DNA from: Paragordius varius
Taxonomy: Eukaryota > Animalia > Nematomorpha
Reading direction: 5' to 3'
Length of the DNA: 64,000 bases
Assembly (NCBI GenBank): GCA_964247055.1
Contig: OZ176052.1
Location: 14,012,001-14,076,000, forward strand
The notes below the pieces were generated by a model that had not been told where the DNA came from, did not search any database, and worked only from the letters and a program-made list of their open reading frames with translations. The position numbers were made by a program, and so were the translations under genes. Shown piece after piece: positions 36,901 to 51,127 of the stretch; position 1 is the first letter of the stretch; each line of letters starts with the position of its first letter.

Positions 36901-39900
36901 TGATGATGGAACTACCATAGGGCTACCCAAAATAAATTATGGCGACATCACCTGATCAAATTTGGATTTTAGGTAGCCATTTTTATTTTTAAAATCGTAT
37001 AAAATAAATTTTTTAAATGTTTAAAAAATTTATAAAAATTACATTTATAGTCCTATCCCCAAAATATTTGGGGTGATGATGGAATTACCATAGGGCTACC
37101 CAAAAAAAATTATGGTGACATCACCTGATCAATGGAGGTAGCCATTTTTATTTTTAATATCGTATAAAGTAAATTTTTTAAATATTTAAAAAATTCATAA
37201 AAATTACATTTATACTCCGATCTCGAAAATATTTGGGGTGATGATGGAACTACCATAGGGCTACCCAAAAAAAATTATAGTGACATCACCTGATCAAATT
37301 TGGATTTTAGGTAGCCATTTTTATTTTTAAAATCGTATAAAATAAATTTTTTAAATATTTAAAAAATTCATAAAAATTACATTTATACTCCGATCTCGAC
37401 AATATTTGGGGTGATGATGGAACTACCATAAGGCTACCCAAAAAAAATTATAGTGACATCACCTGATCAAATTTGGATTTTAGGTAGCCATTTTTATTTT
37501 TAAAATCGTATAAAATAAATTTTTTAAATATTTAAAAAATTCAAAAAAATTACATTTATACTCCGATCTCGAAAATATTTGGGGTGATGATGGAACTACC
37601 ATAGGGCTACCCAAAAAAAATTATGGCGACATCACCTGATCAAATTTGGATTTTAGGTAGCCATTTTTATTTTTAAAATCGTATAAAATAAATTTTTTAA
37701 ATGTTTAAAAAATTTATAAAAATTACATTTATAGTCCTATCCCCAAAATATTTGGGGTGATGATGGAATTACCATAGGGCTACCCAAAAAAAATTATGGT
37801 GACATCACCTGATCAATGGAGGTAGCCATTTTTATTTTTAATATCGTATAAAGTAAATTTTTTAAATATTTAAAAAATTCATAAAAATTACATTTATACT
37901 CCGATCTCGAAAATATTTGGGGTGATGATGGAACTACCATAGGGCTACCCAAAAAAAATTATAGTGACATCACCTGATCAAATTTGGATTTTAGGTAGCC
38001 ATTTTTATTTTTAAAATCGTATAAAATAAATTTTTTAAATATTTAAAAAATTCATAAAAATTACATTTATACTCCGATCTCGACAATATTTGGGGTGATG
38101 ATGGAACTACCATAAGGCTACCCAAAAAAAATTATAGTGACATCACCTGATCAAATTTGGATTTTAGGTAGCCATTTTTATTTTTAAAATCGTATAAAAT
38201 AAATTTTTTAAATATTTAAAAAATTCAAAAAAATTACATTTATACTCCGATCTCGAAAATATTTGGGGTGATGATGGAACTACCATAGGGCTACCGAAAA
38301 AAATTATGGCGACATCACCTGATCAAATTTGGATTTTAGGTAGCCATTTTTATTTTTAAAATCGTATAAAATAAATTTTTTAAATATTTAAAAAATTCAT
38401 AAAAATTACATTTATACTCCGATCTCGACAATATTTGGGGTGATGATGGAACTACCATAGGGCTACCCAAAAAAAATTATAGTGACATCACCTGATCAAA
38501 TTTGGATTTTAGGTAGCCATTTTTATTTTTAATATCGTATAAAATAAATTTTTTAAATATTTAAAAATTCATAAAAATTACATTTATACTCCGATCTCGA
38601 CAATATTTGGGGTGATGATGGAACTACCATAGGGCTACCCAAAAAAAATTATAGTGACATCACCTGATCAAATTTGGATTTTAGGTAGCCATTTTTATTT
38701 TTAAAATCGTATAAAATAAATTTTTTAAATATTTAAAAAATTCATAAAAATTACATTTATACTCCGATCCCCAAAATATTTGGGGTGATGATGGAACAAC
38801 CATAGGGCTACGCAAAAAAAATTATGGCGACATCACCTGATCAAATTTGGATTTTAGGTAGCCATTTTTATTATTAAAATCGTATAAAATAAATTTTTTA
38901 AATATTTAAAAAATTCATAAAAATTACATTTATACTCCGATCTCGACAATATTTGGGGTGATGATGGAACTACCATAGGGCTACCCAAAAAAAATTATGG
39001 CGACATCACCTGATCAAATTTGGATTTTAGGTAGCCATTTTTATTTTTAAAATCGTATAAAATAAATTTTTTAAATGTTTAAAAAATTCATAAAAATTAC
39101 ATTTTTAGTCCGATCCCCAAAATATTTGGGGTGATGATGGAATTACCATAGGGCTACCCAAAAAAAATTATGGTGACATCACCTGATCAAATTTGGATTT
39201 TAGGTAGCCATTTTTATTTTTAATATCGTATAAAATAAATTTTTTAAATATTTAAAAATTCATAAAAATTACATTTATACTCCGATCTCGAAAATATTTG
39301 GGGTGATGATGGAACTACCATAGGGCTACCCAAAAAAAATTATAGTGACATCACCTGATCAAATTTGGATTTTAGGTAGCCATTTTTATTTTTAAAATCG
39401 TATAAAATAAATTTTTTAAATATTTAAAAAATTCATAAAAATTACATTTATACTCCGATCTCGACAATATTTGGGGTGATGATGGAACTACCATAGGGCT
39501 ACCCCAAAAAAATTATAGTGACATCACCTGATCAAATTTGGATTTTAGGTAGCCATTTTTATTTTTAAAATCGTATAAAATAAATTTTTTAAATATTAAA
39601 AAAATTCAAAAAAATTACATTTATACTCCGATCTCGAAAATATTTGGGGTGATGATGGAACTACCATAGGGCTACCCAAAAAAAATTATGGCGACATCAC
39701 CTGATCAAATTTGGATTTTAGGTAGCCATTTTTATTTTTAAAATCGTATAAAATAAATTTTTTAAATGTTTAAAAAATTCATAAAAATTACATTTTTAGT
39801 CCGATCCCCAAAATATTTGGGGTGATGATGGAATTACCATAGGGCTACCCAAAAAAAATTATGGTGACATCACCTGATCAAATTTGGATTTTAGGTAGCC

Positions 39901-42900
39901 ATTTTTATTTTTAATATCGTATAAAATAAATTTTTTAAATATTTAAAAATTCATAAAAATTACATTTATACTCCGATCTCGACAATATTTGGGGTGATGA
40001 TGGAACTACCATAGGGCTACCCAAAAAAAATTATAGTGACATCACCTGATCAAATTTGGATTTTAGGTAGCCATTTTTATTTTTAAAATCGTATAAAATA
40101 AATTTTTTAAATATTTAAAAAATTCATAAAAATTACATTTATACTCCGATCTCGACAATATTTGGGGTGATGATGGAACTACCATAGGGCTATCCCAAAA
40201 AAATTATAGTGACATCACCTGATCAAATTTGGATTTTAGGTAGCCATTTTTATTTTTAAAATCGTATAAAATAAATTTTTTAAATATTTAAAAAATTCAT
40301 AAAAATTACATTTATAGTCCGATCCCCAAAATATTTGGGGTGATGATGGAACAACCATAGGGCTACGCAAAATAAATTATGGCGACATCACCTGATCAAA
40401 TTTGGATTTTAGGTAGCCATTTTTATTTTTAAAATCGTATAAAATAAATTTTTTAAATATTTAAAAAATTCAAAAAAATTACATTTATACTCCGATCTCG
40501 AAAATATTTGGGGTGATGATGGAACTACCATAGGGCTACCCAAAAAAAATTATGGCGACATCACCTGATCAAATTTGGATTTTAGGTAGCCATTTTTATT
40601 TTTAAAATCGTATAAAATAAATTTTTTAAATATTTAAAAAATTCAAAAAAATTACATTTATACTCCGATCTCGAAAATATTTGGGGTGATGATGGAACTA
40701 CCATAGGGCTACCCAAAAAAAATTATGGCGACATCACCTGATCAAATTTGGATTTTAGGTAGCCATTTTTATTTTTAAAATCGTATAAAATAAATTTTTT
40801 AAATATTTAAAAAATTCATAAAAATTACATTTATAGTCCGATCCCCAAAATATTTGGGGTGATGATGGAATTACCATAGTACCCAAAAAAAATTATGGTG
40901 ACATCACCTGATCAAATTTGGATTTTAGGTAGCCATTTTTATTTTTAATATCGTATAAAATAAATTTTTTAAATATTTAAAAAATTCATAAAAATTACAT
41001 TTATACTCCGATCTCGACAATATTTGGGGTGATGATGGAACTACCATAGGGGTACCTAAAAAAAATTATAGTGACATCACCTGATCAAATTTGGATTTTA
41101 GGTAGCCATTTTTATTTTTAAAATCGTATAAAATAAATTTTTTAAATATTTAAAAAATTCATAAAAATTACATTTATAGTCCGATCCCCAAAATATTTGG
41201 GGTGATGATGGAACAACCATAGGGCTACGCAAAAAAAATTATGGCGACATCACCTGATCAAATTTGGATTTTAGGTAGCCATTTTTATTTTTAAAATCGT
41301 ATAAAATAAATTTTTTAAATATTTAAAAAATTCAAAAAAATTACATTTATACTCCGATCTCGAAAATATTTGGGGTGATGATGGAACTACCATAGGGCTA
41401 CCCAAAAAAATTATGGCGACATCACCTGATCAAATTTGGATTTTAGGTAGCCATTTTTATTTTTAAAATCGTATAAAATAAATTTTTTAAATATTTAAAA
41501 AATTCATAAAAATTACATTTATAGTCCGATCCCCAAAATATTTGGGGTGATGATGGAACAACCATAGGGCTACGCAAAAAAAATTATGGCGACATCACCT
41601 GATCAAATTTGGATTTTAGGTGGCCATTTTTATTTTTAATATCGTATAAAATAAATTTTTTAAATATTTAAAAAATTCAAAAAAATTACATTTATACTCC
41701 GATCTCGAAAATATTTGGGGTGATGATGGAACTACCATAGGGCTACCCAAAATAAATTATGGCGACATCACCTGATCAAATTTGGATTTTAGGTAGCCAT
41801 TTTTATTTTTAAAATCGTATAAAATAAATTTTTTAAATGTTTAAAAAATTTATAAAAATTACATTTATAGTCCTATCCCCAAAATATTTGGGGTGATGAT
41901 GGAATTACCATAGGGCTACCCAAAAAAAATTATGGTGACATCACCTGATCAAATTTGGAGGTAGCCATTTTTATTTTTAATATCGTATAAAGTAAATTTT
42001 TTAAATATTTAAAAAATTCATAAAAATTACATTTATACTCCGATCTCGAAAATATTTGGGGTGATGATGGAACTACCATAGGGCTACCCAAAAAAAATTA
42101 TAGTGACATCACCTGATCAAATTTGGATTTTAGGTAGCCATTTTTATTTTTAAAATCGTATAAAATAAATTTTTTAAATATTTAAAAAATTCATAAAAAT
42201 TACATTTATACTCCGATCTCGACAATATTTGGGGTGATGATGGAACTACCATAGGGCTACCCAAAAAAAATTATAGTGACATCACCTGATCAAATTTGGA
42301 TTTTAGGTAGCCATTTTTATTTTTAAAATCGTATAAAATAAATTTTTTAAATATTTAAAAAATTCGTAAAAATTACATTTATAGTCCGATCCCCAAAATA
42401 TTTGGGGTGATGATGGAACAACCATAGGGCTACGCAAAAAAAATTATGGCGACATCACCTGATCAAATTTGGATTTTAGGTAGCCATTTTTATTTTTAAA
42501 ATCGTATAAAATAAATTTTTTAAATATTTAAAAAATTCAAAAAAATTACATTTATAATCCGATCTCGAAAATATTTGGGGTGATGATGGAACTACCATAG
42601 GGCTACCCAAAAAAAATTATGGCGACATCACCTGATCAAATTTGGATTTTAGGTAGCCATTTTTATTTTTAAAATCGTATAAAATAAATTTTTTAAATGT
42701 TTAAAAAATCATAAAAATTACATTTTTAGTCCGATCCCCAAAATATTTGGGGTGATGATGGAATTACCATAGGGCTACCCAAAAAAAATTATGGTGACAT
42801 CACCTGATCAAATTTGGATTTTAGGTAGCCATTTTTATTTTTAATATCGTATAAAATAAATTTTTTAAATATTTAAAAATTCATAAAAATTACATTTATA

Positions 42901-45900
42901 CTCCGATCTCGACAATATTTGGGGTGATGATGGAACTACCATAGGGCTACCCAAAAAAAATTATGGTGACATCACCTGATCAAATTTGGATTTTAGGTAG
43001 CCATTTTTATTTTTAAAATCGTATAAAATAAATTTTTTAAATATTTAAAAAATTCATAAAAATTACATTTATAGTCCGATCCCCAAAATATTTGGGGTGA
43101 TGATGGAACAACCATAGGGCTACGCAAAAAAATTATGGCGACATCACCTGATCAAATTTGGATTTTAGGTAGCCATTTTTATTTTTAATATCGTATAAAG
43201 TAAATTTTTTAAATATTTAAAAAATTCATAAAAATTACATTTATACTCCGATCTCGAAAATATTTGGGGTGATGATGGAACTACCATAGGGCTACCCAAA
43301 AAAAATTATGGTGACATCACCTGATCAAATTTGGATTTTAGGTAGCCATTTTTATTTTTAATATCGTATAAAATAAATTTTTTAAATATTTAAAAAATTC
43401 ATAAAAATTACATTTATACTCCGATCTCGACAATATTTGGGGTGATGATGGAACTACCATAGGGCTACCCAAAAAAAATTATAGTGACATCACCTGATCA
43501 AATTTGGATTTTAGGTAGCCATTTTTATTTTTAAAATCGTATAAAATAAATTTTTTAAATATTTAAAAAATTCATAAAAATTACATTTAAAGTCCGATCC
43601 CCAAAATATTTGGGGTGATGATGGAACAACCATAGGGCTACCCAAAAAAAATTATGGTGACATCACCTGATCAAATTTGGATTTTAGGTAGCCATTTTTA
43701 TTTTTAATATCGTATAAAATAAATTTTTTAAATATTTAAAAATTCATAAAAATTACATTTAAAGTCCGATCCCCAAAATATTTGGGGTGATGATGGAACT
43801 ACCATAGGGCTACCCAAAAAAAATTATGGTGACATCACCTGATCAAATTTGGATTTTAGGTAGCCATTTTTATTTTTAATATCGTATAAAATAAATTTTT
43901 TAAATATTTAAAAAATTCATAAAAATTACATTTATACTCCGATCTCGACAATATTTGGGGTGATGATGGAACTACCATAGGGCTACCCAAAAAAAATTAT
44001 AGTGACATCACCTGATCGAATTTGGATTTTAGGTAGCCATTTTTATTTTTAAAATCGTATAAAATAAATTTTTTAAATATTTAAAAAATTCATAAAAATT
44101 ACATTTAAAGTCCGATCCCCAAAATATTTGGGGTGATGATGGAACTACCATAAAGCTACCCAAAAAAAATTATAGTGACATCACCTGATCAAATTTGGAT
44201 TTTAGGTAGCCATTTTTATTTTTAAAATCGTATAAAATAAATTTTTTAAATATTTAAAAAATTATAAAAATTACATTTATACTCCGATCTCGACAATATT
44301 TGGGGTGATGATGGAACTACCATAGGGCTACCCAAACAAAATTATAGTGACATCACCTGATCAAATTTGGATTTTAGGTAGCCATTTTTATTTTTAAAAT
44401 CGTATAAAATAAATTTTTTAAATATTTAAAAAATTCATAAAAATTACATTTATAGTCCGATCCCCAAAATATTTGGGGTGATGATGGAACAACCATAGGG
44501 CTAGGCAAAAAAAATTATGGCGACATCACCTGATCAAATTTGGATTTTAGGTAGCCATTTTTATTTTTAAAATCGTATAAAATAAATTTTTTAAATATTT
44601 AAAAAATTCAAAAAAATTACATTTATACTCCGATCTCGAAAATATTTGGGGTGATGATGGAACTACCATAGGGCTACCCAAAAAAAATTATAGTGACATC
44701 ACCTGATCAAATTTGGATTTTAGGTAGCCATTTTTATTTTTAAAATCGTATAAAATAAATTTTTTAAATATTTAAAAAATTCATAAAAATTACATTTATA
44801 GTCCGATCCCCAAAATATTTGGGGTGATGATGGAATTACCATAGGGCTACCCAAAAAAAAATTATGATGACATCACCTGATCAAATTTGGATTTTAGGTA
44901 GCCATTTTTATTTTTAATATCGTATAAAATAAATTTTTTAAATATATAAAAAATTCATAAAAATTACATTTATACTCCGATCTCGACAATATTTGGACTG
45001 ATGATGGAACTACCATAGGGCTACCCAAAAAAAAATATAGTGACATCACCTGATCAAATTTGGATTTTAGGTAGCCATTTTTATTTTTAAAATCGTATAA
45101 AATAAATTTTTTAAATATTTAAAAAATTCATAAAAATTACATTTATACTCCGATCCCCAAAATATTTGGGGTGATGATGGAACAACCATAGGGCTACGCA
45201 AAAAAAATTATGGCGACATCACCTGATCAAATTTGGATTTTAGGTAGCCATTTTTATTTTTAAAATCGTATAAAATAAATTTTTTAAATATTTAAAAAAT
45301 TCAAAAAAATTACATTTATACTCCGATCTCGAAAATATTTGGGGTGATGATGGAACTACCATAGGGCTACCCAAAAAAAATTATGGCGACATCACCTGAT
45401 CAAATTTGGATTTTAGGTAGCCTTTTTTATTTTTAAAATCGTATAAAATAAATTTTTAAATATTTAAAAAATTCATAAAAATTACATTTATACTCCGATC
45501 TCGAAAATATTTGGGGTGATGATGGAACTACCATAGGGCTACCCAAAAAAAATTATAGTGACATCACCTGATCAAAGATTTTAGGTAGTCATTTTTATTT
45601 TTAAAATCGTATAAAATAAATTTTTTAAATATTTAAAAAATTAATAAAAATTACATTTATAGTCCGATCTCCAAAATATTTGGGGTGATGATGGAATTAC
45701 CATAGGGCTACCCAAAAAAAATTATGGTGACATCACCTGATCAAATTTGGATTTTAGGTAGCCATTTTTATTTTTAAAATCGTATAAAATAAATTTTTTA
45801 AATATTTAAAAAATTCATAAAAATTACATTTATACTCCGATCTCGACAATATTTGGGGTGATGATGGAGCTACCATAGGGCTACCCAAAAAAAATTATAG

Positions 45901-48900
45901 TGACATCACCTGATCAAATTTGGATTTTAGGTAGCCATTTTTATTTTTAAAATCGTATAAAATAAATTTTTTAAATATTTAAAAAATTCATAAAAATTAC
46001 ATTTATAGTCCGATCTCGACAATATTTGGGGTGATGATGGAATTACCATAGGGCTACCCAAAAAAAATTATGGTGACATCACCTGATCAAATTTGGATTT
46101 TAGGTAGCCATTTTTATTTTTAAAATCGTATAAAATAAATTTTTTAAATATTTAAAAAATTCAAAAAAATTACATTTATACTCCGATCTCGACAATATTT
46201 GGGGTGATGATGGAACTACCATAGGGCTACCCAAAAAAAATTATAGTGACATCACCTGATCAAAGATTTTAGGTAGTCATTTTTATTTTTAAAATCGTAT
46301 AAAATAAATTTTTTAAATATTTAAAAAATTAATAAAAATTACATTTATAGTCCGATCTCCAAAATATTTGGGGTGATGATGGAATTACCATAGGGCTACC
46401 CAAAAAAAATTATGGTGACATCACCTGATCAAATTTGGATTTTAGGTAGCCATTTTTATTTTTAAAATCGTATAAAATAAATTTTTTAAATATTTAAAAA
46501 ATTCAAAAAAATTACATTTATACTCCGATCTCGAAAATATTTGGGGTGATGATGGAACTACCATAGGGCTACCCAAAAAAAATTATGGCGACATCACCTG
46601 ATCAAATTTGGATTTTAGGTAGCCTTTTTTATTTTTAAAATCGTATAAAATAAATTTTTAAATATTTAAAAAATTCATAAAAATTACATTTATACTCCGA
46701 TCTCGAAAATATTTGGGGTGATGATGGAACTACCATAGGGCTACCCAAAAAAAATTATAGTGACATCACCTGATAAAAGATTTTAGGTAGTCATTTTTAT
46801 TTTTAAAATCGTATAAAATAAATTTTTTAAATATTTAAAAAATTAATAAAAATTACATTTATAGTCCGATCTCCAAAATATTTGGGGTGATGATGGAATT
46901 ACCATAGGGCTACCCAAAAAAAATTATGGTGACATCACCTGATCAAATTTGGATTTTAGGTAGCCATTTTTATTTTTAAAATCGTATAAAATAAATTTTT
47001 TAAATATTTAAAAAATTCATAAAAATTACATTTATACTCCGATCTCGACAATATTTGGGGTGATGATCAACCTACCATAGGGCTACCCAAAAAAAATTAT
47101 AGTGACATCACCTGATCAAATTTGGATTTTAGGTAGCCATTTTTATTTTTAAAATCGTATAAAATAAATTTTTTAAATATTTAAAAAATTCATAAAAATT
47201 ACATTTATAGTCCGATCTCGACAATATTTGGGGTGATGATGGAATTACCATAGGGCTACCCAAAATAAATTATGGTGACATCACCTGATCAAATTTGGAT
47301 TTTAGGTAGCCATTTTTATTTTTAAAATCGTATAAAATAAATTTTTTAAATATTTAAAAAATTCATAAAAATTACATTTATACTCCGATCTCGAAAATAT
47401 TTGGGGTGATGATGGAACTACCATAGGGCTACCCAAAAAAAATTATGGTGACATCACCTGATCAAATTTGGATTTTAGGTAGCCATTTTTATTTTTAAAA
47501 TCGTATAAAATAAATTTTTTAAATATTTAAAAAATTCATAAAAATTACATTTATACTCCGATCTCGAAAATATTTGGGGTGATGATGGAACTACCATAGG
47601 GCTACTAAAAAAAATTATAGTGACATCACCTGATCAAATTTGGATTTTAGGTAGCCATTTTTATTTTTAAAATCGTATAAAATAAATTTTTTAAATATTT
47701 AAAAAATTCATAAAAATTACATTTATAGTCCGATCCCCAAAGTATTTGGGGTGATGATGGAACTACCATAGGGCTACCCAAAAAAAATTATGGCGACATC
47801 ACCTGATCAAATTTGGATTTTAGGTAGCCATTTTTATTTTTAAAATCGTATAAAATAAATTTTTTAAATATTTAAAAAATTCATAAAATTTACATTTATA
47901 GTCCGATCTCGACAATATTTGGGGTGATGATGGAATTACCATAGGGCTACCCAAAAAAAATTATGGTGACATCACCTGATCAAATTTGGATTTTAGGTAG
48001 CCATTTTTATTTTTAAAATCGTATAAAATAAATTTTTTAAATATTTAAAAAATTCATAAAAATTACATTTATACTCCGATCTCGAAAATATTTGGGGTGA
48101 TGATGGAACTACCATAGGGCTACCCAAAAAAAATTATGGTGACATCACCTGATCAAATTTGGATTTTAGGTAGCCATTTTTATTTTTAAAATCGTATAAA
48201 ATTAATTTTTTAAATATTTAAAAAATTCATAAAAATTACATTTATACTCCGATCTCGAAAATATTTGGGGTGATGATGGGACTACCATAGGGCTACCCAA
48301 AAAAAATTATAGTGACATCACCTGATCAAATTTGGATTTTAGGTAGCCATTTTTATTTTTAAAATCGTATAAAATAAATTTTTTAAATATTTAAAAAATT
48401 CATAAAATTTACATTTATAGTCCGATCTCGACAATATTTGGGGTGATGATGGAATTACCATAGGGCTACCCAAAAAAAATTATGGTGACATCACCTGATC
48501 AAATTTGGATTTTAGGTAGCCATTTTTATTTTTAAAATCGTATAAAATAAATTTTTTAAATATTTAAAAAATTCATAAAAATTACATTTATACTCCGATC
48601 TCGAAAATATTTGGGGTGATGATGGAACTACCATAGGGCTACCCAAAAAAAATTATGGTGACATCACCTGATCAAATTTGGATTTTAGGTAGCCATTTTT
48701 ATTTTTAAAATCGTATAAAATTAATTTTTTAAATATTTAAAAAATTCATAAAAATTACATTTATACTCCGATCTCGAAAATATTTGGGGTGATGATGGAA
48801 CTACCATAGGGCTACCCAAAAAAATTATGGTGACATCACCTGATCAAATTTGGACTTTAGGTAGCCATTTTTATTTTTATAATCGTATAAAATAAATTTT

Positions 48901-49525
48901 TTAAATATTTAAAAAATTCATAAAAATTACATTTATACTCCGATCTCGAAAATATTTGGGGTGATGATGGAACTACCATAGGGCTACGCAAAAAAAATTA
49001 TGGTGACATCACCTGATCAAATTTGGATTTTAGGTAGCCATTTTTATTTTTAAAATCGTATAAAATAAATTTTTTAAATATTTAAAAAATTCATAAAAAT
49101 TACATTTATAGTCCGATCCCCAAAGTATTTGGGGTGATGATGGAACTACCATAGGGCTACCCAAAAAAAATTATGGCGAAATCACCTGATCAAATTTGGA
49201 TTTTAGGTAGCCATTTTTATTTTTAAAATCGTATAAAATAAATTTTTTAAATATTTAAAAAATTCATAAAATTTACATTTATAGTCCGATCTCGACAATA
49301 TTTGGGGTGATGATGGAATTACCATAGGGCTACCCAAAAAAAATTATGGTGACATCACCTGATCAAATTTGGATTTTAGGTAGCCATTTTTATTTTGAAA
49401 ATCGTATAAAATAAATTTTTTAAATATTTAAAAAATTCATAAAAATTACATTTATACTCCGATCTCGAAAATATTTGGGGTGATGATGGAACTACCATAG
49501 GGCTACGCAAAAAAAATTATGGTGA
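30947..49525 (+). repeat. Large block duplication, copy 2 (~18.6 kb; carries an extra 6-mer and one extra monomer)
   Basis: Same markers at offsets 24731 (before the 6-mer duplication), 25769 (6692 to 32461; 9457 to 35226), then 25941-25943 (11191 to 37132; 22911 to 48853; 23451 to 49393). Confidence 0.92.
31119..33194 (+). repeat. 6-monomer (1038-bp) tandem duplication specific to block copy 2
   Basis: Units start at 31119 and 32157. GATCAAATATATATTTT occurs at 31423 and 32461, and CCACAAAAA occurs in both units. Confidence 0.88.
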
Positions 49526-51127
49526 CATCACCTGATCAAATTTGGATTTTAGGTAGCCATTTTTATTTTTAAAATCGTATAAAATAAATTTTTTAAATAT
49601 TTAAAAAATTCATAAAAATTACATTTATAGTCCGATCCCCAAAGTATTTGGGGTGATGATGGAACTACCATAGGGCTACCCAAAAAAAATTATGGCGACA
49701 TCACCTGATCAAATTTGGATTTTAGGTAGCCATTTTTATTTTTAAAATCGTATAAAATAAATTTTTTAAATATTTAAAAAATTCATAAAAATTACATTTA
49801 TACTCCGATCTCGACAATATTTGGGGTGATGATGGAACTAGCATAGGGCTACCCAAAAAAAATTATATTGACATCACCTGATCAAATTTGGATTTTAGGT
49901 AGCCATTTTTATTTTTAAAATCGTATAAAATAAATTTTTTAAATATTTAAAAAATTCAATTACATTTATAGTCCGATCCCCAAAATATTTGGGGTGATGA
50001 TGGAACAACCATAGGGCTACGCAAAAAAAATTATGGCGACATCACCTGATCAAATTTGGATTTTAGGTAGCCATTTTTATTTTTAAAATCGTATAAAATA
50101 AATTTTTTAAATATTTAAAAAATTCATAAAATTTACATTTATAGTCCGATCTCGACAATATTTGGGGTGATGATGGAATTACCATAGGGCTACCCAAAAA
50201 AAATTATGGTGACATCACCTGATCAAATTTGGATTTTAGGTAGCCATTTTTATTTTGAAAATCGTATAAAATAAATTTTTTAAATATTTAAAAAATTCAT
50301 AAAAATTACATTTATACTCCGATCTCGAAAATATTTGGGGTGATGATGGAACTACCATAGGGCTACGCAAAAAAAATTATGGTGACATCACCTGATCAAA
50401 TTTGGATTTTAGGTAGCCATTTTTATTTTTAAAATCGTATAAAATAAATTTTTTAAATATTTAAAAAATTCATAAAAATTACATTTATACTCCGATCTCG
50501 AAAATATTTGGGGTGATGATGGAACTACCATAGGGCTACGCAAAAAAAATTATGGTGACATCACCTGATCAAATTTGGATTTTAGGTAGCCATTTTTATT
50601 TTTAAAATCGTATAAAATAAATTTTTTAAATATTTAAAAAATTCATAAAAATTACATTTATAGTCCGATCCCCAAAGTATTTGGGGTGATGATGGAACTA
50701 CCATAGGGCTACCCAAAAAAAATTATGGCGACATCACCTGATCAAATTTGGATTTTAGGTAGCCATTTTTATTTTTAAAATCGTATAAAATAAATTTTTT
50801 AAATATTTAAAAAATTCATAAAAATTACATTTATAGTCCGATCCCCAAAGTATTTGGGGTGATGATGGAACTACCATAGGGCTACCCAAAAAAAATTATG
50901 GTGACATCACCTGATCAAATTTGGATTTTAGGTAGCCATTTTTATTTTTAAAATCGTATAAAATAAATTTTTTAAATATTTAAAAAATTCATAAAAATTA
51001 CATTTATACTCCGATCTCGAAAATATTTGGGGTGATGATGGAACTACCATAGGGCTACCCAAAAAAAATTATGGTGACATCACCTGATCAATTTTGGATT
51101 TTAGGTAGCCATTTTTATTTTTAAAAT

